Shown here: positions 1 through 7,781 of the stretch, piece by piece
How positions within the stretch are numbered: the stretch's first letter is position 1
Layout of the letters: each line of letters begins with the position of its first letter
DNA from: an uncultured Bacilli bacterium
GTDB taxonomy: Bacteria; Bacillota_I; Bacilli_A; ML615J-28; CAG-313
Direction: 5' to 3'
DNA: 24,000 nt
Assembly: GCA_934098295.1 (NCBI GenBank)
Contig: CAKONV010000001.1
Coordinates: forward strand, 247,261-271,260
The notes under the pieces: model-generated
Databases searched by the model: none
Told to the model about the DNA's origin: nothing
The model's input: the letters and a program-made list of their open reading frames with translations, nothing else
Position numbers and translations under genes: made by a program

Positions 1-748
1 TTTTATTATAAACACGTTCATTGTTGCCACAAATTACGACAATTTGATAATTTGATAAATCTTGGACATTGTTTATAAAAGCTTTTACCATGGAAACAAG
101 ACTACCAGCACCCATAGAACCACCGATTAGAAGAATAATTTTTTTATTTGAATCAAGTTCTAAGTTCAAACAAGCTTCTTCTTTAGAAACATTGGCTAAA
201 ATCTTTGGTGAAAAAGGAATACCAAATGGATGAAGTTTTTCTTTGTTTAATCCTCTTTTTATACATTCTTCCGTAAGTGATGCATGAGGCGTAATATAAT
301 AATCACAATTGGTTTCTTCCCAAAAAGGTATAACTGTATAATCAGTAAAAACCCCAAAAGTTGGAGGTAAACTAATACCTTTTTCTTTCATAAAAGTAAT
401 TGTTTCCGCAGGATAAAGATGAGTCATTACGATAGCATCATAATGATGTTCTTTTAAATAAACTTCTAAATATTTACCCATCTTTTTATTGGCTAAATAA
501 ACTGGAGATTTTTTAAAGTGTTTGCTGACTGTCATTCCTAAATTATATGCCATACCAAATACAGCCGGTGTCTTTTGAACTGTTTTTACGTATATGTTAG
601 CCACCATTTTAGCTGTTTTTACTGAAGCAAGGGTTAAATAGTCAAAAACAAAAGCATCATGGCCCATAAGAACAAACTGTTCCTTTAACGCATTAGCAGC
701 AGCATCATGACCGCCACCAGTTTTACATGATAATAATAAAATATTCAT
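1..748 (-). CDS. MGDG-synthase / UgtP-like diacylglycerol glycosyltransferase (GT28 family). Only the N-terminal ~249 aa are present because the 3' end runs off the window.
   Basis: My own translation from the ATG at 748..746 reads MNILLLSCKTGGGHDAAANALKEQF...ILLIGGSMGAGS...VVICGNNERVYNK and stays open to position 1. The N-terminal G-rich 'GGGH' motif and the 'GGS.G.G' motif are typical of UgtP/MGDG synthases. The ORF is missing from the track because it is truncated by the window edge. Confidence 0.7.
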   Translation of the reverse strand, partial: MNILLLSCKTGGGHDAAANALKEQFVLMGHDAFVFDYLTLASVKTAKMVANIYVKTVQKTPAVFGMAYNLGMTVSKHFKKSPVYLANKKMGKYLEVYLKEHHYDAIVMTHLYPAETITFMKEKGISLPPTFGVFTDYTVIPFWEETNCDYYITPHASLTEECIKRGLNKEKLHPFGIPFSPKILANVSKEEACLNLELDSNKKIILLIGGSMGAGSLVSMVKAFINNVQDLSNYQIVVICGNNERVYNK

Positions 749-749
749 A

Positions 750-1379
750 TTAATTCTTACTGAAAACAAAGTGAATTTCTTTGTCTTCGCATTCCTTTAA
801 CGATTTTTTGTGTCTTATAAATATTAATAAGGTCATAATTAAAAAGCCAACTAGTAATACATATTTTTTTACGAAGAAAAAATCATAAATAGTATAACTC
901 AAAAACCAACAAATAAAAGTTATTACGGTTCTCAATGCATGCGGCTTGATAATTAAAACAACAGAAAAAAAGATAAACCAAAAGGCTAAAAAACAAAATG
1001 GTAATAAATCAGGTATCAATCCAAATAAAATTCCAAACGATGATAAAATGCATTTACCGCCATTTTTTAAGCCCATATAAATTGGATAAGCGTGGCCTAA
1101 AACAGGTGCAACCAGCACTAAAATAAATAATAAATTATCATAATCTAAAAATTTTAAAGAAAAAAAGATTGGTAAAAAGGCCTTAAAGAAATCGCAAACT
1201 AAGGCTAACACTCCGCATGTTGTACCTCCGTATTTAAAGGCATTGGCCATTCCAGGATTATGATCATCACTTACATCAATTAAATCAATATGTTTTAAAA
1301 CTTTAACAATCAAATAACTAAACATAATGCTTCCTGATAAATATCCTAAAACTATAAAACTCAAGTATTTAGTAAACAT
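750..1379 (-). CDS. PlsY-family (glycerol-3-phosphate acyltransferase-like) integral membrane protein, divergent
   Basis: The 209-aa polytopic protein follows the PlsY layout (GS..., ...NPGMANAF..., D..KA, GH.YP......GGK). The canonical 'GSGN.GATN' motif is replaced by 'DDHNPGMAN'. It lies 1 nt from the downstream glycosyltransferase gene. Confidence 0.55.
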   Translation of the reverse strand: MFTKYLSFIVLGYLSGSIMFSYLIVKVLKHIDLIDVSDDHNPGMANAFKYGGTTCGVLALVCDFFKAFLPIFFSLKFLDYDNLLFILVLVAPVLGHAYPIYMGLKNGGKCILSSFGILFGLIPDLLPFCFLAFWFIFFSVVLIIKPHALRTVITFICWFLSYTIYDFFFVKKYVLLVGFLIMTLLIFIRHKKSLKECEDKEIHFVFSKN

Positions 1380-1395
1380 TACAATTCACCTCTTT

Positions 1396-1809
1396 TTAGC
1401 CTGCAAGTAAGCTCATTAATCTTAAAAACTCATTAGCATCTTTATCACCTAATTTTTTAAAAATAATCTTGGCATCACTCGCTAATTGTTCATTGATTTT
1501 TTCTGCTATTTTTCTTCCTTTATCCGTTAACTTTACATAAACCTTTCTTCTATCTATAATAGATACTTCTCGATAAACATAATTCTTTTTCTCTAATTTT
1601 TTAATGGCTGTAGATACTCTTCCACTTGTAAGTTTTTGAATTTTACCAATCATGCCTGAAGTAATACTTTTCTTTTCTTCTTTTTCATAATTTAAAATTG
1701 TCTGAAGAATACCCGGTTCACCATAAGACAATTCTTTGGCATTCTTAATTGAACTAGATGAGGATCTAACAAGATTTAAAAATTTATTTAAAAATTCTTT
1801 ATATGACAT
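1396..1809 (-). CDS. MarR-family transcriptional regulator
   Basis: The 137-aa protein has a winged-HTH signature (...SGRVSTAIKKLEKKNYVYRE....DRRKVYVKLTDKG...). It is the first gene of the marR / plsY-like / glycosyltransferase string. Confidence 0.8.
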   Translation of the reverse strand: MSYKEFLNKFLNLVRSSSSSIKNAKELSYGEPGILQTILNYEKEEKKSITSGMIGKIQKLTSGRVSTAIKKLEKKNYVYREVSIIDRRKVYVKLTDKGRKIAEKINEQLASDAKIIFKKLGDKDANEFLRLMSLLAG

Positions 1810-1830
1810 ATCTATACACCTTTATAATTT

Positions 1831-1876
1831 ATCTTACACTGTAAGATATTATACACCTTTTTTGATTAATTGTCAA
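1831..1876 (-). promoter_or_regulatory. Consensus sigma-A promoter with an abutting 17-bp palindromic operator for the marR operon
   Basis: On the minus strand, TTGACA (1876..1871) is followed by a 17-nt spacer and TATAAT (1853..1848). Immediately after comes the perfect palindrome ATCTTACA-N-TGTAAGAT (1831..1847), which overlaps the expected transcription start. Confidence 0.55.
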
Positions 1877-2036
1877 ATTTCTTGTGTTTATATTGTTTTC
1901 TATTCTATTAATTTTTTTATACAATAATTTTATAAAAAATTTGAAATTAAACTTTTTTCATTTGATTGAACCATTATAGAAGAAATAATCACAAAAATTT
2001 GATATAATGATGTGTTAATAGTTTTAGGAGCATATT

Positions 2037-3383
2037 ATGAAAGATTTAACTAAAGGATCAATTGTTAAAGGAATTATTACTTTTTCTATTCCCCTAATAA
2101 TAGCAAACATTCTCCAACAAATGTATAATGTTACCGACACTATTATTATTGGCAAAGTTTTAGGAAAAGTAGCCTTAAGCGCTGTTGGTTCAGCATTTAC
2201 TTTGATGACTTTTTTAACATCAATTATTATTGGTTTATGTATGGGAGTAGGAACTGTAATTTCTAATCTTTATGGTAAAAAAGAAACTAATAAAATTAAA
2301 AACACCCTTTTTATGTCTTTTGTTTTTATTTTTCTTATAACCATTGTTATAATGTTAATTGTATATTTATTTCATTCCTATATTATTAGAGCTTTAAATA
2401 TTCCAAGTGAAGTAGCTCCTTTAATGTCTAGTTATCTATTAATTATCTATATAGGTATTATTCCTACTTTTATTTATAACTTTTTTGCTTCATTCATTCG
2501 TTCCTTAACGGATTCTCTATCTTCTCTTATTGTCCTTTTTATATCTACTATTTTAAATATAGGTTTGGACTTATTTTTTGTTTTAAATCTTAAAATGGGA
2601 ATTAATGGAGCTGCTATTGCTACAGTTATTTCTCAAACAATTTCTGCTCTTATCATTACTATTTATGCTTTATCTAAATACAAGGACTATTTACCTAATA
2701 AGGATAATTTTAAGATTGATAAACCGCTTTTAAGTTATATTTTAAAACTATCAACACTTACAAGTTTTCAACAATCAATTATGAATTTAGGAATTTTAAC
2801 TGTCCAAGGAATTGTTAACAGTTTTGGAACAAATGTTATGGCAGCTTTTACAGCTACGGTCAAAATAGATAGTTTTGCCTACTTAATCGTTCAAGATTTC
2901 GCAAATGGTTTTTCAACTTTTGTGGCTCAAAACAATGGTGCTAAAGATGAAAAGAGAATTCATAAAGGGACGATTATATCTTGTATTCTATCAAGTATAT
3001 TTTCTATTTTTATCACTTTAATTGTTCTTTTCTTTAAAGAAGACTTACTTAAAATCTTTATTGATGGTACAGATAGAGAAGTAATTAATATAGGTATTAA
3101 TTACTTAAATATTGAAGGATCATTTTATATTGGTATTGGAATTTTGTTTTTACTCTATGCTTACTTTAGGGGCATCAATAAACCTCTTATTTCTATTATT
3201 TTAACTATCATATCTTTAGGTTTAAGAATTGTTCTTTCCATTATTTTGTCTAAAAATTCTGCTTTAAAAGAAAATGGTATTTGGTTATCTATTCCTATTG
3301 GGTGGTTTATTGCTGACATTGTCGGCTTTATCTTAATGATAATCGTTAAAAAAAGAAAAAAAATGTTTATGCTTGACAAATAA
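2037..3383 (+). CDS. MATE-family multidrug/efflux transporter
   Basis: The 448-aa protein has about 12 TM segments. Its N-terminus (...G.I.K.I..FS.P......LQQ.Y...D...IG..LG..ALSAVG) is typical of MATE/NorM proteins. An extended -10 (TGaTATAAT, 2000..2008) and a GGAG RBS lie upstream. Confidence 0.85.
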   Translation: MKDLTKGSIVKGIITFSIPLIIANILQQMYNVTDTIIIGKVLGKVALSAVGSAFTLMTFLTSIIIGLCMGVGTVISNLYGKKETNKIKNTLFMSFVFIFLITIVIMLIVYLFHSYIIRALNIPSEVAPLMSSYLLIIYIGIIPTFIYNFFASFIRSLTDSLSSLIVLFISTILNIGLDLFFVLNLKMGINGAAIATVISQTISALIITIYALSKYKDYLPNKDNFKIDKPLLSYILKLSTLTSFQQSIMNLGILTVQGIVNSFGTNVMAAFTATVKIDSFAYLIVQDFANGFSTFVAQNNGAKDEKRIHKGTIISCILSSIFSIFITLIVLFFKEDLLKIFIDGTDREVINIGINYLNIEGSFYIGIGILFLLYAYFRGINKPLISIILTIISLGLRIVLSIILSKNSALKENGIWLSIPIGWFIADIVGFILMIIVKKRKKMFMLDK

Positions 3384-3396
3384 TAAAATATGATTT

Positions 3397-3424
3397 AAAA
3401 TAGTTAACGGTGTTAACTATTTTT
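3397..3424 (+). terminator. Hairpin with 12-bp arms and a T-run. Likely the MATE gene terminator, and possibly also a MarR operator.
   Basis: The sequence is AAAATAGTTAAC-ggt-GTTAACTATTTT followed by more T. It overlaps a candidate promoter for the next gene (TTGACA 3373..3378, 17 nt, TAAAAT 3396..3401). The stem is AT-rich, so its stability is uncertain. Confidence 0.45.
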
Positions 3425-3439
3425 TATTTTGGAGGAAAC

Positions 3440-3868
3440 ATGAATAAAACGGAACTTGCTAAAGAAATTATAAACAATCTTACCACTAACAAAAAAATTA
3501 AAGAATTTATTTCTTTTTTAACATCGATGTCAAAAGGAAGTTATTTGCTACTAAGGCTTATCAATAATGAACCTGGTACTAATGCTGTTAGCTTAGCTTG
3601 TAACTTAGGAATAAGTAAACCTAGAATTGCTTTTCTTCTAAATGATTTAGAAGAAAAAGAATATTTAATTAGAGAAAAAAATCAATTTGATACGAGAAAG
3701 ACAGATATTAAACTTACTCAAAAAGGAAAAAACATTTTGGATAAAAGAAATGAAGAAATTTATAATAAAATTCTCCTTATCTTAAACGAACTAAACGATG
3801 AAGAAATTGTGAACTTAATAAAATTAATAACTAAAATTACAAATATAGAAAGGAACTTAACATGTTAA
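3440..3868 (+). CDS. MarR-family transcriptional regulator
   Basis: The winged-HTH region reads ...ISKPRIAFLLNDLEEKEYLIREKNQFDTRKTDIKLTQKG. I prefer the ATG at 3440 (MNKTELAKE), which sits 5 nt after GGAGG, over the track start at 3410. Confidence 0.8.
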   Translation: MNKTELAKEIINNLTTNKKIKEFISFLTSMSKGSYLLLRLINNEPGTNAVSLACNLGISKPRIAFLLNDLEEKEYLIREKNQFDTRKTDIKLTQKGKNILDKRNEEIYNKILLILNELNDEEIVNLIKLITKITNIERNLTC

Positions 3869-4632
3869 TTGAAATAATTGTTTGCATAATAGCTGGTATT
3901 GGAGCAGGTCTTGGAACTGGATTTGCTGGTATGAGTGCTGCAGCCGTAATAACACCAATGCTCGTTACTTTCTTAGGTCTTCCTGCTTATGAAGCAGTTG
4001 GAATTGCTCTTGCTAGTGACGTCTTAGCCAGTGCTACTTCAGCTTTTACTTATGCTAAAAATAAAAACATAGATATTAAAAATGGACTAATTATGATGGT
4101 CATCGTTTTAATCTTTACTTTTATTGGAAGTTATATAGCTAGCCTTTTACCGGATAAAACGATGGGATCATTTTCAGTCTTTATGACTTTAATACTTGGT
4201 ATTAAATTTATTGTAAAACCCATCATGACTACAAAAGAAAAAATGATGGAAACTAGTGAAAAGAAAAGAATTATTCAATCAATTATATCTGGAATTATAA
4301 TTGGCTTTATTTGTGGATTTATTGGTGCTGGTGGGGGAATGATGATGCTATTAATTCTTACTTCTGTTTTAGGATATGAATTAAAAACAGCTGTTGGTAC
4401 AAGTGTATTTATTATGACTTTTACCGCACTAACTGGCTCTATTAGCCACTTTGTTCTAGGCGGCATCAATAATATTGTTTGTCTTGTTACTTGCATTTTA
4501 TCAACTTTATTATTTGCTTTTATAGCATCAAAAATTGCTAATAAATCGACACCAAAGGTTTTAAATAGAACAACTGGTATTATTCTGTGCATTCTAAGTT
4601 TAGTAATTATTATTGTAAATTTCATAAAGTAA
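3862..4632 (+). CDS. TauE/SafE (TSUP) family anion/sulfite exporter-like permease
   Basis: The 256-aa membrane protein has a duplicated G-rich TM pattern (GAGLGTGFAG... and GFIGAGGGMMM...). Its start overlaps the marR stop by 7 nt, which suggests translational coupling. Confidence 0.75.
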   Translation: MLIEIIVCIIAGIGAGLGTGFAGMSAAAVITPMLVTFLGLPAYEAVGIALASDVLASATSAFTYAKNKNIDIKNGLIMMVIVLIFTFIGSYIASLLPDKTMGSFSVFMTLILGIKFIVKPIMTTKEKMMETSEKKRIIQSIISGIIIGFICGFIGAGGGMMMLLILTSVLGYELKTAVGTSVFIMTFTALTGSISHFVLGGINNIVCLVTCILSTLLFAFIASKIANKSTPKVLNRTTGIILCILSLVIIIVNFIK

Positions 4633-4636
4633 AAAA

Positions 4637-4663
4637 ATGAGTGATCTTAAAAAGATTACTCAT
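4637..4663. terminator. Bidirectional rho-independent terminator between convergent genes
   Basis: The stem ATGAGTGATCTT / AAGATTACTCAT (one G-U pair) has a short A loop. It is flanked by an A-run on the left and a T-run on the right. Confidence 0.6.
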
Positions 4664-4666
4664 TTT

Positions 4667-5233
4667 TTATACATATTTTACTGTTAATTTCATTATATCT
4701 TTATTTAAATCAAAAACACGTCTATAAACACTTCTACATTTATTATATTTATTAAAAGTAGTAAGGGCAGCATCAACATTGTTATATACTTTCCATAATC
4801 CCATATATTTATAATTCTTACCCATATTTTCAATAAACCCTAATACATCCAAAAAAGGATAACCTAAAAATAAACCAATTTCATGAGGAAATTCTTCATT
4901 TTCAATAACTCTTTTTCCTAAATTTGATAACATTTCACTAAGAGAAAAAGTATTATACCCAATTGAATCTAAATATTTTTCCACTTCAGGATTAGTTAAA
5001 TCACTTATAAGTTTCTTTTCTCTATATACATAAATTAACGCATAATCTTTTTTCACACCTAAGAGATATACACTTACACCTTTTTTTAAAAAGATTGAAG
5101 TATATAATTTCGTAATTTCTTTTACTTCTTCTTCGCAACTACATTTTACAGAAAATAAATTAGCTGTTTTAATGTTAGCAAGTGTTGGTGCGCAATGTTC
5201 AATTAAACAAGATTCAAAATAGTCTTTTCCCAT
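4667..5233 (-). CDS. DUF3793-family protein (unknown function)
   Basis: The 188-aa soluble protein has the N-terminal pattern ...HCAPTLANIKTANLFS..., which I recall from DUF3793 proteins of Clostridia and Erysipelotrichia. This assignment is from memory only. Confidence 0.5.
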   Translation of the reverse strand: MGKDYFESCLIEHCAPTLANIKTANLFSVKCSCEEEVKEITKLYTSIFLKKGVSVYLLGVKKDYALIYVYREKKLISDLTNPEVEKYLDSIGYNTFSLSEMLSNLGKRVIENEEFPHEIGLFLGYPFLDVLGFIENMGKNYKYMGLWKVYNNVDAALTTFNKYNKCRSVYRRVFDLNKDIMKLTVKYV

Positions 5234-5255
5234 AGCAATTATTACCTTTCTAAAA

Positions 5256-5281
5256 AACTAGTTAGCAATAGCTAACTAGTT
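5256..5281 (-). terminator. Intrinsic terminator after the brnQ-SDR operon
   Basis: On the minus strand, AACTAGTTAGC-tatt-GCTAACTAGTT forms a perfect 11-bp stem followed by TTTTT. It lies 32 nt after the SDR stop codon. Confidence 0.5.
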
Positions 5282-5312
5282 ATATTATACTATAGTTAAT
5301 AAATTAATTCCA

Positions 5313-6104
5313 CTATTTTGCGTAAATCTTATATAATAAATAATTGCGTAATCTTTTTGGTAGGACAACATATAAACATCTTAACAATTTATCCTTACCA
5401 CCAACTAAAACTCTATAAGGTGGATTCTTCTTTTTACTTAAAACAAAAACTTTTTTTGCAACATTCTTAGAATCAAAACCATTTTTCTCATCTTTACTGA
5501 CAGTTTTTAATCCTCTTTCTACACGTTCAAAATAAATTGACCTTTCACTAATAGTTGTTTTTCGGTTACTTGTAAAACCTGTTTTGCTGTCTCCTGGTAA
5601 TACGCTAGTTATCTTTATATTATAAGGATAAAGTTCAACTCTTAAAGCTGAAAATAACATGTCAAGAGAAGCCTTACTAGCTGAATAAAAAGCCTGAAAT
5701 GGTAGAGGAATTAATGATGCAATGCTTGATATATTAACAATTAGTCCTTTCTTACAATTTCTCATATAAGGAATTACTAATTTAGCTAGATAAAAAGCTG
5801 CGAAAAAACTTACTTCAAATTGCTTTTTAGCAGCGTCAATACTAATTTCTTCAACTGGTGAAAAAATACCAAAACCGGCATTATTTACTAAAATGTCAAT
5901 ACGGCCATATTTTTCAATGATATTATCTACACATCTTTTGCAATCATTTATATTAGTAACATCTCCTACTTGATGGTATATACCCTCATAAGCAAAATCA
6001 TTTCTAGAAATACCACAAACAATGTTTTTGTCTTTTAAAAATAATTTTGCAATTTCTAATCCGAATCCTCTACTCTCCCCCGTTATTAAAACTACCTTGT
6101 TCAT
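5313..6104 (-). CDS. Short-chain dehydrogenase/reductase (SDR) family oxidoreductase
   Basis: The protein shows the N-terminal Rossmann motif VVLITGESRGFG, an NNAG motif, and a catalytic Y...K (YSASK). Its start overlaps the brnQ 3' end by 35 nt, and an AAGGTGG RBS lies upstream. Confidence 0.85.
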   Translation of the reverse strand: MNKVVLITGESRGFGLEIAKLFLKDKNIVCGISRNDFAYEGIYHQVGDVTNINDCKRCVDNIIEKYGRIDILVNNAGFGIFSPVEEISIDAAKKQFEVSFFAAFYLAKLVIPYMRNCKKGLIVNISSIASLIPLPFQAFYSASKASLDMLFSALRVELYPYNIKITSVLPGDSKTGFTSNRKTTISERSIYFERVERGLKTVSKDEKNGFDSKNVAKKVFVLSKKKNPPYRVLVGGKDKLLRCLYVVLPKRLRNYLLYKIYAK

Positions 6105-7419
6105 CTCGCACCACCTTTTTCTTATATATTAAATTAATCAAAACACTTAACAAACTCATAAAAATAGCAACCGTTAAAAAACCAAATCCATCTTCATAAA
6201 ATGGTAATAATCTTAATACTTTTGTAAAAAAGCCAAGTGATACTCCTGCCATATCAAAAGAGTGAAGAATACTAATAACACCCGTACTAAAAATTACTAA
6301 CTTATAAGTAAATTTATTATTTTTCCATAATTTATTAGTTAATCCTAAAATTATTAATACGATGGCTACCGGGTAAATAATATTTAAAATTGGAATTGAT
6401 ATTTTTAAAATAGCATTCAAACCAAGATTACAAACTAAAAAAGAAAAACAAGTAATAATTATTACCCACATCTTATAATTTGTTTTCTTAAACAAATAAG
6501 CAAAATAAGATGAAATGGAATTGATTAATCCTACACAAGTAGTCATACAAGCAAGGGTAAAAATGCTTGCTAAAAGAATAGCCCCTGGAAAACCAAAAAT
6601 TTGATAAATAATACATCTTAAAGTCCAAGCACCGTTTTCTTGAATATCATATACACCAGAACTTGCCATTCCCATATAAGATAACATTAAATAAACACTA
6701 GCTAAAATTACACCAGCAATTATTCCTGCTATAATTGTGTACTTAATACGCCCATTCATGCCTTTAACACCAAAACCAATAAGAGCTGAAGAAATTACTA
6801 AACCAAAATTTAAAGCCGCAATTGTATCCATTGTTTGATATCCTTCGGTAAAACCTTTTAAGAAAGGTAGTTTGGCGTAATCTATAGTAGGTTTACTTAT
6901 ATCAACTTTGCCTAAAAATAAAAAGCTAACAAACAAAAATACTAATAAAATTAATAAACTTGGCGTAAGGATATAACCTATTCTTTTAACTAACTTTTGA
7001 GGTGTCATACATAACCATAAAACAACCAAAAAGAAAATAAGAGAATAAACAACCATCCATAAGGTCTTATTAGCACTGCTTGGTAAATATGGTGCAACAA
7101 CCATTTCAAAAGGTACAGAAGCCGCTCTCGGAATACCTAAACCAGGTCCAATTGATAAATAGATTAGTAAAGTAAAAACTAAACCAAACCATCCACAAAC
7201 CTTTCCAGAAAGTTTATCCAAACCATCAAATTTAGCAACTACAACAACACCCAAAACTGGTAATATTACAGCAGTTGTTAAAAATCCAAGAATGGCAGGA
7301 ACCATATTAGATCCAGCATTTTGTCCTAAAAAAGGTGGAAAAATTAAATTACCAGCTCCAAAGAACAAGGAAAACAACATAAAACTTACAACTAATAAAC
7401 TCTTTTTACTTAATTTCAT
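6070..7419 (-). CDS. brnQ: Branched-chain amino acid transport system II carrier (BrnQ/LIVCS family)
   Basis: The 449-aa protein has 12 TM segments. Its N-terminal signature ...LFFGAGNLIFPPFLGQNAG... is characteristic of BrnQ. Confidence 0.85.
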   Translation of the reverse strand: MKLSKKSLLVVSFMLFSLFFGAGNLIFPPFLGQNAGSNMVPAILGFLTTAVILPVLGVVVVAKFDGLDKLSGKVCGWFGLVFTLLIYLSIGPGLGIPRAASVPFEMVVAPYLPSSANKTLWMVVYSLIFFLVVLWLCMTPQKLVKRIGYILTPSLLILLVFLFVSFLFLGKVDISKPTIDYAKLPFLKGFTEGYQTMDTIAALNFGLVISSALIGFGVKGMNGRIKYTIIAGIIAGVILASVYLMLSYMGMASSGVYDIQENGAWTLRCIIYQIFGFPGAILLASIFTLACMTTCVGLINSISSYFAYLFKKTNYKMWVIIITCFSFLVCNLGLNAILKISIPILNIIYPVAIVLIILGLTNKLWKNNKFTYKLVIFSTGVISILHSFDMAGVSLGFFTKVLRLLPFYEDGFGFLTVAIFMSLLSVLINLIYKKKVVRDEQGSFNNGGE

Positions 7420-7433
7420 ATAAACTCCTAGAA

Positions 7434-7715
7434 AATAAAAAAACTCATCCCAAAAAATAAATTTTGAGACGAGTCAATAGTTACCCGCGGTACCACTCAA
7501 TTTGTATAAAAATATACCTCTTATTTAAGGATCAAACAATCCCTTCACACTAACGTAGTGATCAAACGTAAATTCTTACTAAAACAACATTTTCAGAATT
7601 CAAGCTCCGAAGTGATTAAAAACAAACCATCTTTATCAAGTTTCACCAACCCTTGACTCTCTACAAAAGAATTAATTAGTTTCCGTCTTCATCATAGCCT
7701 TTACTTATAAACTTT
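7434..7715 (-). promoter_or_regulatory. T-box riboswitch leader, probable Ile (AUC) specifier, controlling brnQ
   Basis: On the minus strand I see a GA/K-turn start (AUGAUGAAGAC), an AGAGAG bulge, and a GGUGAAA distal loop. The specifier-loop 3' side reads ...UUAAUC-A-CUUCGGAGC, parallel to the glyQS arrangement 'GGC-A-CUUCGAGC'. The specifier AUC is at plus coordinates 7614..7616. The conserved T-box AAAUUGAGUGGUACCGCGGG is at 7484..7503. The terminator CUCGUCUCAAAA/UUUUGGGAUGAG plus a U7 run is at 7434..7473. Confidence 0.8.
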
Positions 7716-7721
7716 TTTAAC

Positions 7722-7750
7722 ATTATATCAAATAACAAAACAATAGTCAA
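7722..7750 (-). promoter_or_regulatory. Sigma-A promoter of the T-box/brnQ operon
   Basis: On the minus strand, TTGACT (7750..7745) is followed by a 17-nt spacer and TATAAT (7727..7722). Confidence 0.6.
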
Positions 7751-7781
7751 GAAAATGGTATTCCACAAGCTAAAAATTATA

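Noticed and set aside
1813-1860. The direct repeat TATACACCTTT (1813..1823 and 1850..1860) flanking the marR palindrome.
   Set aside because: One copy coincides with the marR RBS (AAAGGTG on the minus strand) and the other overlaps the -10 region. It is more simply explained by these signals than as a separate repeat element.
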